In this document: one piece after another, positions 26,373 through 38,884 of the stretch | Layout: the number at the start of each line of letters is the position of its first letter | Position numbering within the stretch: the stretch's first letter is position 1 | Source of the DNA: Octopus sinensis | Taxonomy: Eukaryota | DNA: 64,000 nucleotides | NCBI RefSeq assembly: GCF_006345805.1 | Contig: NC_043016.1 | Coordinates: forward strand, 9,486,001 to 9,550,000 | Direction: 5' to 3' | The notes under the pieces: model-generated | The model's input: the letters and a program-made list of their open reading frames with translations, nothing else | Database searches by the model: none | Told to the model about the DNA's origin: nothing | Position numbers and translations under genes: made by a program

Positions 26373-27192
26373 GGTGAATAAAGTTCACATATATTTTTTC
26401 CATTCTTTAAATCTCAGATAATGATGAAATAAGAAGTACTTTCATGCCATAATTCTTTCATTCGGTAAGATACGACCCCTATGTTATTTCTACATTCATG
26501 AGCAATCATATTTTCTGGCATATAAGTCAAATTTTACAACCAAAAGAAGCTAGGTTGACAACTTTGAAGGAAAAGAAATCCATGTGAGATGTAACAGGAT
26601 TTAGAAAGATAGTGATCATGTTTGAATGTTTATGCTACATGTTTACTATATTGATATATTTGCCAGAAAATATAGCAAAACGCTGAAGGACACTGTATTC
26701 AGTTGCCTACAGAAAACCATGACGACTCAACAACTTCAGTTTATTAAACAATGTGTCTCCTCCAAAATCAAAGGACCACTGATGAGGTCACAAAAGTGTG
26801 ATGAAAGAACTCTGGCCGAAATAAGATTAAAATTAATGTAAAAAATATAAAACGCTGAAGCAAAGTAACACCAAATATATAGCACGTGTGTTTTTATTGG
26901 CTAAACTGGCAAAATGACCATTCCGAAATACAACAATAGTGAAAGCAGGTTGTAAATAAAATGGTGTATACTCTTTTACTCTTTACTCTTTTACTTGTTT
27001 CAGTCATTTGACTGCAGCCATGCTGGAGCACCACCTTTAGTCGAGCAAATCGACCCCGGGACTTATTCTTTGTAAGCCCAGTACTTATTCTATTGGTCTC
27101 TTTGGCTGAACCGCTAGGTGATGGGGACGTAAACACACCAGCATCGGTTGTCAAGCAATGCTAGGGGGACAAACATAGACACGCAAACACAT

Positions 27193-27223
<31 letters not shown>

Positions 27224-29159
27224 CATATATACGACAGGCTTCTTTCAGTTTCCATCTACCAAATCCACTCACAAGGCATTGGTCAGCCCGGGGCTATAGC
27301 AGAAGACACTTGCCCAAGATGCCACGCAGCGGGACTGAACCCGGAACCATGTGGTTGGTTAGCAAGCTACTTACCACACAGCCACTCCTGAACTCCTTTG
27401 AATTATAAGTGTTGAACTGAAAAAGAGGAAATTAGTTGATCTATCATGACTGGGAAGATCTGAATAGATAAAGAAAGTAGCTGAGACAATCGCTGCATTT
27501 TGTCCATAGCCAAGAAGGTAATCTGTCTATAAACAGGCAACATAAGTTGTATAATGCAATGATGTAATTTGATTAGTGGCACACAGCACTAGAAAATAAT
27601 TTATTTTGTTTGTTTGTAGTGCTGAGTTCAAATTTATTACATGAAGTTAACTGTGATGATAGACAAACAACAGGGGAATTGGCCTGTCGATTTTCGTTAA
27701 GGTTCAGAGTTTCCCTGACAATGTTGTTGCTTTTTCTTACCACTCATCCTCTGTAGAACATCAAAATGGAACTTCCTACCACACTGCCTGATTGGCTGTG
27801 AGCACTTGATGACATTCCAGATGCCAAGTATCTTGTGGTGGTCATTGACTCGGAATTACAACTCTGTTAAAGAGACAAGCTATGAAAAAAAAGCATCTGA
27901 CAAATGGTACCCTAACCCTAACAAATTGCTGACATGATCACAGCCCCAGTGTATGTCTGTGTATCAACACCCACAGCTTGCCCATTTCTCCAACATTGCA
28001 CAACAGTGTTCATAGCAATTGGAGTTTCTGACCAGGGGAATGCATCCTTTCAACAAAAAGACAGACAAGCAAATGCTCCAGTCCAATCTGGTGTGAATTG
28101 GGATAAAGCGCAGTAATAAAAGACATAGGCAATGTAGGCATTCACCATCTCTGACCAATATTTTAGGGACAACATTCTCTTGTCCCACTTCTAGATGAAA
28201 TGGTCACCCTGTTTGTCACCTCATTCCAATATCTAACTAGAGATCTTACCCAAACCAGATCTCCAAGCAATTTAACTGTTCCTTCCAGCCAGTACCCCAC
28301 TGTTGGACATCAAGGACCAGCCTCTCCAGGTGATGTGCAGTAGGCCTACAGTCTTTCCTTAATTGGTTTTAACCCTCATCACCAGTTCCTCAGAGTAGTA
28401 CTAATAATAATAAATGTGCCCTTTTAAAGCCCAGCCAGGCTCATGGGCCTGGTTTCCCGGTTTCAATGGCATATGTGTTCCCCAGCTGGACGGGACACCA
28501 GTCCACAGCGTTATTCATTTTTGCCAGCTGAGTGGACTGGATCAACGTGAAACGATGTCTTTAGCTCAAGAATACAACGCGTCACCCAGTCCAGGAATCG
28601 AAACCACAATCTTACGATCATGATGCTGTCACCCTAACCACTAAGTCATGCGCCTCCACTAGAGTGGTACTAGTCACCTTTACGTATTTAGATAAAGACC
28701 AATGCTAAAAGCAAAAGACAAACTCTTAGGAACTTAGCTGAGCAAAATAGTTGCCAGTTGTTTTAAAAAGTGATTACATTTACACCCAGTTTAGTGTGTA
28801 AGCTGCATAGTTGACAGAGGAAGAAGTATTTTACAGTATGGGCAAAACAAACCCAGATGTTCCATGAAAGCATCAATGCTGCGCAGTAACATTGTCAGAA
28901 GATGTTGAAATCATTGTGATCTCAAGTTGATTATCGGAAGAATCTCCCACAGCGTAAGTTGTACATAAAATGATAATATAAGTGAAAAGGAATTATAGAA
29001 GAGAATGATGATTTGGAAGTAAAGTGCCTGTTTTGTATTGCATGTGTAAGATTATGAATGTATTTGAGAATGGGTTTAGGTATGTAGATAGACATATAGA
29101 TGAACACACATATAGGTTGATGGATTAACATACAACATATGTGTATATATGTGTAATTA

Positions 29160-29183
29160 AGAATGAATGTGTGTGTGTGTGCA

Positions 29184-29215
<32 letters not shown>

Positions 29216-29552
29216 AATATGTGTGTGCGTATAAACAAGCATAACAGATATACAGTGAAATTGACAGATAGCTAAATAAACTGAAAAGATGGATGGATGG
29301 ATGGATGGATGGATGGACGGACGGACGGACGGACGGACGGACGGACGGATATTTTAAGAGATATCGGTTACAATGAAAGGATTTCCATTCAAGTTAGCTG
29401 TTGTAAATGTGTGTATATGTGTATGTCTGTATGTATGTGTATGCATATATGTTTATATACACATACTACATTTATAAATATATGTATCATATATGTGTGT
29501 ATTGTGTGGTGTATATATATATATATATATAAATATATATATATATACAATT

Positions 29553-29631
<79 letters not shown>

Positions 29632-29685
29632 AATATATATATATATACATATTTATATATATATATACATATATATATAATATAT

Positions 29686-29734
<49 letters not shown>

Positions 29735-30665
29735 AAAGATATACCTACAAACATACATATTTATAAACAATATATAGGTATGCTAAGAAGTAGAAAAATT
29801 TAGAGAAGAATGCTAAGGGAAGCTGTAACAGTGATTGAAGATTTAGAATCTTGAGTATCATAACAAGATTTAGGAGAGTCAACTTGATGTTTGAAAAGAG
29901 AAAAGGAAAAATGGAAAAAGAGAGGAGATATGCATGGGGTGGGGTTGATGGAGAGAGTGGAGATTATAAGTTATATTCTATGGAATGCGTAAAAGAAATA
30001 TGTACAGCAGAAAGAATCAAGTGAAGAAAATGGATTTAGGAAGAAGTCCTATTTTGATTCCTTATCAATCATTTCTGGTGGCATTTTTCTTTTTCTTGTC
30101 ATTCATTGTTTTTGTCTTGGTTTTAAGCATTCATTTGATTTGGGGACATTTTTCATTTTTTCTGTTCCTATTTTTTTTGTAACTATGCTATTTTCTTAAA
30201 GTTTTTTTTTTTCTTTTTCATAATCCTCTTACAAACTTCAATTTTTAGATTTATAATATTGTTTATCTTTTACCCATACACAATATTTCAGTTTACATAC
30301 AAACGTGCATACATACAAACATACATACATACATGCATACATGCATGCATGCATACATACATACATACATACATACGTACACACACATACATACACACAC
30401 ACATACATACACACACATACATCCATACATACATACATGCATGCATACATACATACATACATAAATACATACATGCATACATACATGCATGCATACATAC
30501 ATACATACATACATGCATACATACATGCATGCATGCATAGATACATACATACATACATGCATACATGCATGCATGCATGCATGCATGCATACATGCATAC
30601 ATACTTACATACATACATACATGCATACATACTTACATACATACATACATAAACATATATATAGC

Positions 30666-30735
<70 letters not shown>
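29160..30735. repeat. Microsatellite cluster: (GT)n, (GATG)n-(GACG)n, (TA)n, (TACA/TGCA)n
   Basis: Directly visible; produces the spurious MYVC/IYI/HTY ORFs. Confidence 0.95.
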
Positions 30736-30741
<6 letters not shown>

Positions 30742-31826
30742 TTAGGTATATATAAATATGCAGGTGTAGCTGTGTGGTAAGAAGCTTGTTTCCCAACCAC
30801 ATGGTTCCGGGTTCTCTCCCACTGCAGAGTACCTTGGGTAAGTGTTTTCTATTATGACCCCACACCAACCAAAGCCTTGTGAGTGGATTGGTAGATGGAA
30901 ACTGAAAGAAGCCTGTTGTATCATCATCATTTAGCATCAGTTTCCCATGCTGGCATTGGTTAGATGAGCCAAAGAGCTGCACCAGGTGCCAGTCAGTTTT
31001 GGCATGGTTTCTATGGATAGATGTCCTTCCTAATGCCAACCTCTTCCTGAGTGTAGTGGGTGTTTTTACATGTCACCAGCATGGGTGCATTTTACATGTG
31101 ACTGGAATATATCTTATGTATGTGTCTGTTTGTGTTTGTCCCCTACCATTGCTTGACAACCAGTGTTGGTGTGTTTATGGCCCTATAACCTAGGATGTTG
31201 GTGAAAGAGACTCATAGAATAAGTAAGTATCGGGCTTTTAAAAAGATAAGTACTAGAGTTGATTCATTTGACTAAAAATTCTTCAAGATGGTGCCCCAGT
31301 TTGGCTGCAGTCTGATGACTGAGGCAAGTAAAAGATGATAGATATAAGATACACACACACACACATATACACACAAACACATATACTTTTATTGTACTTC
31401 ATGTTAAGACTGGTCCCTCTGGTGGTGTAGAGCATTTATGGCAGTGTCACCTTAAAGTACCCATGTCATGCTACATAAAAGCACCCAGCACACTCTATGA
31501 AGTAGTTGGCATTAGGAAGGGCATCCAGCTGTAGAAACCATGCCAAATCAGACTGGAGTCTGGTGCATCTCCCCAGCTTGCCAACTCTAGTCAAACCATT
31601 CAACCCATGCCAGAATGGACAACAGATATTGAACAATGATGATGATGATGATGATATATATATAAATTAGGAAAAAAAACACCTTTTATCAATTTAATGA
31701 TGAAAAAATTAAATTATAACATTTAGAAAAATTACATCTTATAGAAAGATTAAATATAATATAGAACATATAACAATGATTAAGTAACGTGCAAAATAAT
31801 AAATAAAACGTATATATTTGGTAGAA

Positions 31827-31909
31827 TAACTACATGTGTTTCGTGGCTATATTTAAGAAATGATAATAGTAAAATCATTTCAATATAAATATAGTCACTC
31901 TTCAGGTTA
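31827..31909 (-). ncRNA. Type I hammerhead ribozyme motif, long stem II (PLE terminal repeat)
   Basis: UAAC-CUGAAGA-GUGACUAUAUUUA...UAAAUAUAGCCAC-GAAA-CACAU-GUA|GUUA; intact core, 4-bp stem I. Confidence 0.8.
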
Positions 31910-31990
31910 AAGATAAAAACAATAAAATAATTAATTAGATAAATTAATAAATATACGTATATAATCTTGCAAAATACAAAATATCTTAAC

Positions 31991-32167
31991 AATACTAAAT
32001 ATAAAAATAAATATAAATTCATTCAAATAGATATAGATAATTATTATTCTTCTATTAATGAGATTGTACATAATAAAGCCCTAATTTTTGCAATGAATAA
32101 GGTAGGAATGACCTCTGATGAAGCTTATGTTATTAAAATGACTAGGAAATTGTTAATCTCTTATTAT
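31991..32167 (+). pseudogene. PLE reverse transcriptase fragment (motif A region)
   Basis: KFIQIDIDNYYSSINEIVHNKALIFA...TRKLLISY; continues at 33781 after 1.6 kb of insertions. Confidence 0.8.
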
Positions 32168-33059
32168 AAAAGGCAGATTTTATCTACCTCCCTTTGTAAC
32201 TTATAGAAATCTACAATATAGGATTTCTTCAATTACAATTTACCTAGCATTTTAAGAGTAGAATGCATCGGGTCATGCCAGGTCCAGTTTTTAAAATTTA
32301 AACTCCAATTAAGCAAAATTTACAGAAAACTCACATCTGGTGTGTGTGTCAAATGCTTTTCTTAATGTGGTTTACACCACACGCACACGCACACACACAG
32401 TGTGCAACGAATAAAATGAAAGTAAATAGCGCGACAGCGTGATTGAGGAAGACTAAACTGAAAGTATTTAAACCACTACTCAAAATAAAAAAAACACAGC
32501 AAACAGAAACAATAAATACATAAACGATTTACTCCTCACACAATTTCTTCAATTAGAGTGTACCCATGATTTTTCAGAGTATTCAGGGTGATGCCATGTA
32601 AAAAAAATTTCTTTCAATTTTACCACCAATTAAGACAAAATTCGAGAAAACTCAATATTAACATTTCACTCCGAAAGTATTGATGTACATGTGTGCGTGC
32701 GTGAGTGTGTGTGTGTCATTCCTCACACACACGCATACACATACATATATGAGAGTGGCAAACACAAAAGTTTCAAACAACTACATACAACACGTGTGTG
32801 TTTGTTATTAGTAAAAAAGGCGCCAAAACAAACTCACTTATCATTCCAACACATTTGCAAAGACACACGGACGGTGGAATTGCTATAACAATACAGAAAA
32901 GGTAAATTGGTTTTTATTTTACTCTGTATATATTTTATTATATAATATTATATATAGATATAGTATATATAATTGCAGTATGAAACAGTGTTTATGTATA
33001 AACAGACGACACTTATATATAGTTATTATAATAAGAGATTAATAAATGTATGCATCCGT

Positions 33060-33384
33060 TTAACCCTTTCTTACCAAACCGCCCGAATTACCTATTCATA
33101 TTTAATGAGAATATCAGAGTAAATCTCTTTAGTACATTCGTGAAAACACGTATTATACTTCGTAAACACTTCAACTACAGTTTTGTACAAAAATCGAATG
33201 TAATTTTAATTCCCTGAATTATGGGAGATTTTTTTCCGAAATTTGTTCCTATTGTGTTTTCAAAATTTGTAATTCCGACAAAAAAATGGATACGAATTTC
33301 ATTATATCAAGCAGCGAGTCAGAATTCGAAGGATTTTCTACTGAAGACCTTCATAAATCTAACTCTATGACTGAAAAAAAAAGC
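33060..33384 (+). mobile_element. piggyBac 5' end fragment
   Basis: TTAA-CCCTTT terminus; acidic N-terminus MDTNFIISSSESEFEGFSTED; truncated by a Helitron. Confidence 0.6.
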
Positions 33385-33385
33385 A

Positions 33386-33775
33386 TCTTTATATAAGAGT
33401 GAAGTTGTGTGTCTGTCTCCTACGATTTAGATTCGTAACTACTCCCACATTTTGCGGTGCAGTTTTAAACCAAAACCGGGTATCTTATAGTTGTGATCAT
33501 ATATCGAGCCCTTCGGGTATTAGCGCGTGTCTACGATGAGTCTACGATTTTAAAAACATTTACCATCATATTTTCCATTTTAATGCATTTTTTCGCTTTA
33601 TATAAGGGAAGTAACTCTCTAAAATATATACGATGTGTCAACGATTTAAAAAAAATTTACCTTAATTTTTTTTCAATTTTTAATGCATTTTTTTGCTATT
33701 TTGGCTATAACTCTCTAAAAATGCTTATATAGTTATTTCCCTTACAACCCGAGCAACGCCGGGCGATACTGCTAG
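33386..33775 (+). mobile_element. Non-autonomous Helitron
   Basis: 5' TC, subterminal hairpin cccgagcaacgccggg, 3' CTAG, inserted between A and T. Confidence 0.85.
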
Positions 33776-33780
33776 TTAGA

Positions 33781-35400
33781 TATAATAATAAATTATGGGC
33801 TAGGAAGGATACTAGAAACTATTTTGATATACCTATGGGGACACAAGATTATGCACAGGCTACTGATTTAGTAGGTATTTATTTATTAGCAGAACTTCAA
33901 TTGGAAAATTTTTAATTGGAGGGTGGTTTATATAGGGATGACCTTTTATTACTTACTAAGGATTGTACAAATAGAAAATTAGAATTATATAAAAAGAAAC
34001 TTTATAATTTCTTTAAAAGATATGGTTTAAGAATTACTATTTATAATGAGAACTATCCAGCTGTAGAAACACTGCCAGATCAGACTGGGCCTGGCGCAGC
34101 TTTCTGGCTTCCCAGACCCCAGTTGAACCGTCCAACCCATGCTAGCATGGAAGATGTACGTTAAACGATGATGATGATGATAATGTTAATCATTTAGATG
34201 TTTAATTCTAATTTAATAACGGGTAAAACCCAACCATTCCATAACATTAATGAAAATCTCAGATATATTAATGCTTATAGTAATCATCCTCCTTCTGTTA
34301 AAAAATCATTGATAAATAATGTAAGTAAAATAATATCATTACTTTCTTATGATTTAGAGATTTTTAATAAACATGCACCTTATTATAATAAAGCCCTGCA
34401 TGAGGCAGGATAATAATAATATTAAATCTTTAATATTTGTAAACATAATTATATTTTGAAGGAGTATAATGTAAATGATTTTTATAATGATAAACCTAAT
34501 TATCTGAATTATGGTAAGTTTTATTTAGGTATCAATCGTCTTAATAATAATAGGTATTTTGATGATGTAAATCATACATTTAATATTGGAATAAAAAATA
34601 AAAATAAGATAAAATTTAATTCAATTAATGAAGATAATAAATTTAATAATATTACAAAGAAATATAATAATAATAATAATGATAAAAATTATAAGAATAA
34701 AATATGGTTAATTGTTCCTTTTGGGGGTCAGGTTAAAACAAATCTTATTAAAGAGATTCTAAATATAATTCAAATATTCATTAGGGATAAAAGATATTGT
34801 AACATTTTTTCTAATAATAATTTTGGAGTTGGGTATTCAACTACTAGTAATGTTGGTAATATTATTTCTTCATTTAATACATTTAAATTAAATAAATTCT
34901 ACAAAGATAGATTAAATATTGATTCCAATAATAATAATAAAGACCAAGATATAATTTATTGTACATGTAGGGATAAGACTACATGAAAATTTAATAATAA
35001 TTGTAATTTAGATAATATAGTCTATAAGTGTATGGTAACTTTAATAGATGATAAGAATTTGAATTATCATAATTTAAACACTATTTATATGGGGTGCACT
35101 TCAAATAACATTAAATCAAGAGTAGCTCAACATATGTATTCTTTTAGGAATAAAAATTTAATAAATTCAACAGGTCTCAGGAAATACATTTTGGACCTTA
35201 AATTTAGATCTATTAAATATAAATTAAATTGGGAAATTATTTGTAGGGCTAAATCATATTGTATAGGGAGTAATTATTGTTCATTGTGTAATAATGAATT
35301 CAAAGAAATATTATTTAATAACAAATATGTGTTGGTAATTCATTAGAGGAACGTAAAATTAAATGTAAACATAAATAAAATTACCTATATAATAGGCTTG
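33781..35400 (+). pseudogene. PLE RT-thumb-linker-GIY-YIG endonuclease, disrupted
   Basis: TAA at 33913, RTE-end insertion at 34055-34181, frameshifts near 34197, 34411 and 35330; 34456-35346 is one frame broken only by TGA at 34984-34986. Confidence 0.85.
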
Positions 35401-37343
35401 GCTAATAAATAAATGATTATATAAATTTATTAAGATATATTAATTTACACATGCCACCGGCACAGGTGCCAATAAGGCGATGCTGGTAACGATCACGCTC
35501 GAATGGTCTTTTACATGCCACTGGCACGGAGGCCAGATAGCTGCTCTGGCAATGATTACGCTCAGATGGTGCTGTTAATACCCTACTAGCATGGGGCTCG
35601 AGTGCCAGTAAGGCGACGCTGGTAACGATCGCAGCATGTGTAAAAGATCCGAGTGAGGTTGTTGCCAGTACTGCCTGACTGGCCCCATGCTGGTGGCATG
35701 TAAAAAGCACCCACTACACTCTCGGAGTGGTTGGCATTAGGAAGGGCATCCAGCTGTAGAAACTTTGCCAAATCAAGATTGAAGCCTGGTGCAGCCATCT
35801 GGTTCACCAGCCCTCAGTCAAATCGTCCAACCCATGCTAGCTAGGAATGCAGACGTTAAACAATGATTATGATGATATTAATTATAGTAATATAAATTAA
35901 TTTAAATATAATATATATATATTTTACTTATTTATTATTTGGACTTTAAATTTATAGTAAATAGTCATTTAAAATTAAATGCTAACATAAATTTCTTTAC
36001 CTATATGATACGTTTAGCTAATTTTTCCATATATATAAAACCTTATTTCTTTTTATGTTATTTATTTCTTGTAGATATAATTTAGTAGTATTAGTGTATA
36101 ATTTATGATATTATTATGTGTTATATTAATATATTTGAATAATTTTAAACTTAGATATTTCTTAATACATAAATGATTATATATAATTTTATTAAGACCT
36201 ATTAGTTATAGTAATATAAATAATTTAATATTATATGTATATTTTACGTAATATTTATTTGAAATTTAATTTATAGTAAATAGTCATTTATAGTTTCTTT
36301 CATTACTCTATTTTTCTTTAATTCTTGAAGCTTAAATATTTTTCATCTTTTTCATTAATGAATATTTTTCATCATTTTCATTGATAATTTTATTCTATTT
36401 TTTTACACGTCTTCACACTAAGACCTACATTTTTACATTTAAAATTCAGTTATATAATATTCATCGACAAGCTAAGTAACGTTTTTTATTTAACAATATT
36501 ATTTAACCTTTGAATTATATAATGTTTGATTATTATTATTATTGTTGCTAAAATATTAATTTATATATAATTTCTTGATAATTATTAGTTATGATATCTA
36601 TATCTATTCATTTATTATGTTTATTATTATTTTTATGATGTGATTTAACATATTACATATAATTTAAATTGAGAAATAGTTTTGTAAGACAATATATTAT
36701 TTGATAGTTAGGTAGTCTATTTATTACATAGTATTACATTTAAGTAAATAAGTTTAATATTAATTGATATTTTGGTCAACTATATAACTGAGTAAAATAT
36801 TAAATCTATAGATACTATAAATACATTAATAATATCGTTAGTTTATATAATAGGTGTGTATATATTTGAAACATTTCCTATTTTTAATTCTAATATTTAC
36901 AGATTGTACTAGCATTATGTATATTACTTAACATTAAGTTTTGTTTTTTAATATAAATTACTTAATGAGTATAAGATTTTACTTAGATGTTTATTAAATT
37001 GATTAATTAATTAATAATTTAATTTAATGTATATAGATTAAATTATAGTATTTAGTTTTCACTTAATGTATATTTTGTATTATATATATATATATATTTG
37101 TCTGTTTTAAATATTCTAATTAATTGTATTTTATTTCCTAATAATAATGATATTTTATAGTTTATTATTCTTTTCTTATTAATTTTAAAATTTTATTTTT
37201 ATAGATATAATAAATATTTATACCTTTTTATTCTATTTTTTTATTTACACAAGAATATATTTGTTAAGATATGTTGCATTTTACAAGATTATATACGTAT
37301 ATTTATTAATTTATCTAATTAATTATTTTATTGTTTTTATCTT

Positions 37344-37426
37344 TAACCTGAAGAGTGACTATATTTATATTGAAGGGATTTTGCTACTATCATTTCTTAA
37401 ATATAGCCACAAAATATGTGTCGTTA
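37344..37426 (+). ncRNA. Hammerhead motif in the 3' terminal repeat of the PLE, core mutated (GAAA to AAAA)
   Basis: UAAC-CUGAAGA-stem II-AAAA-UAUGU-GUC|GUUA with the GUC triplet overlapping the stem III strand; same family as 31827-31909. Confidence 0.7.
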
Positions 37427-37855
37427 TTCTACCAAATATATATGTTTTATTTATTATTTTGCACATTACCTTATCATTGTTATAATGTTTAATCTTATAT
37501 TTAACCTTTCTATAAGATAGTTTTTCTAAATATTATAATTTAATTTTTCATTATTGAATTGATAAAAGGTGGGTTTTTTCTAATTTATTATATATATATA
37601 TATATATTATATATATATATATATAAAATATATTTTGTGAATTTGATTTAGTATTTCTAAATTGAATTTTCCCTGTAAGTTTGGAATAATAATAATATTA
37701 TTATTATTATATTATTATTAATATTATTATTATATATATATATATATATATAATATATATATTATATATATATATATATATATAATATATATATATAATA
37801 TATAATATATATATATATAAATAAACAATGATGATGATATATAAAATATATGCAT

Positions 37856-38536
37856 ATATACAGCAAGAAGAAAATAGAGGGGATTCAGAGGTGTTATGCA
37901 TCAACTGTTAGACATTATAATATCTATTTATGTATTTTAAAACAAATATGAGAATATATATACAAGTAAAGATTGTGCTTTACATATATAAAGTACCAGT
38001 TCTTTCTCTATTCTAGAAATTACTGGTACTTTATATATGTAAAACACAATCTTTACATATTGTTATATTTCGGAATGATCATTTTGCCAGTTTAGCCAAT
38101 AAAAACACACGCACTATATATTTGGTGTTATTTTGCTTCAGGGTATTTATTTTTTACATTAATCTTAATCTATTTCAGCCAGAGTTCTTTCATCACACTC
38201 CTGTGACCGCATCAGTGGTCCTTTGTTTTCTTCTTTCTTATTTGTGTCTCTCCTTACTAGCCGTCAGCCATTTTGTATTCTATTGTATGTCTTCATTTGC
38301 GCATGCTTATATCTCTATGTGCGTTTATGTTTATTTAGTGTGTGTATGTGGGGGGATGCCTGTAATATTTGTATCTTCTTGTTTATATATGTTCATGTAA
38401 TTTGTATTTTGTTTTTGTTTATTCTTATTTTGTTCATGTGTTTACATCCACTTATTATTGTCATTACATATGCTTGTATGTATAAAAACAATACTAGTAA
38501 TAACAATAATAAATCGAATCGAAAAAAAAAATTTAT

Positions 38537-38627
<91 letters not shown>

Positions 38628-38870
38628 CATATATTATATATTACACACACACACACATATATAATATATATATCTATATATATATATATATATATAGTTA
38701 TTTATTCTATTAGTTTATTTATCTGTGTATTATTATGTTTTCAGGATCCTCTATCGTCACACTTTTATATATATTCTCATATTTGTTTAAAATGCATAAA
38801 TAGATATTATAATGTCTAACAGTTGATGCATATCACCTCTGGATCCCCTCCATTTCTTCTTGCTGTATAT
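37856..38870. mobile_element. Element with inverted ends of about 110 bp (PLE-like or MITE)
   Basis: 37856-37965 inverted versus 38762-38870; internal part 38060-38230 resembles 26770-26940 on the opposite strand. Confidence 0.55.
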
Positions 38871-38884
38871 ATATATATATATAA

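Larger units (their letters stand above)
31660..37690 (+). mobile_element. Decayed, 5'-truncated Penelope-like element (Naiad-type), with inverted terminal copy at the 5' end and nested insertions
   Basis: RT motifs FIQIDIDNYYSSI (31991-32167), FDIPMG..DLVGIYLL and LYRDD (33781-34054), SNHPP, thumb KIWLIVPF..VKTN, CxCRxK linker, GIY-YIG-like IVYKC..IYMGCT..R..H and CSLC (to about 35400); 31660-31992 is an inverted copy of about 37250-37590. Confidence 0.88.

Noticed and set aside
26775-26830. CUGAUGA-GGUCA...UGGCC-GAAA hammerhead-like core
   Set aside because: No stem I partner or NUH geometry found, and the homologous copy near 38200 reads CUGAUGC.
27650-28400. GC-richer segment with short ORFs
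   Set aside because: Stops in the frames examined and no recognisable motif; possibly an old LINE remnant, but unsupported.
28931-30780. Long MYVC/IYIY/HTYI ORFs (also near 38400, 47700, 50400-50940, 61280)
   Set aside because: Translations of microsatellites.
35350-37000. Possible SECIS elements (ATGA..AA..GA at about 35412, 36005, 36635; also about 39578)
   Set aside because: Spacing or helix II pairing did not fit by eye; needs SECISearch on a consensus.
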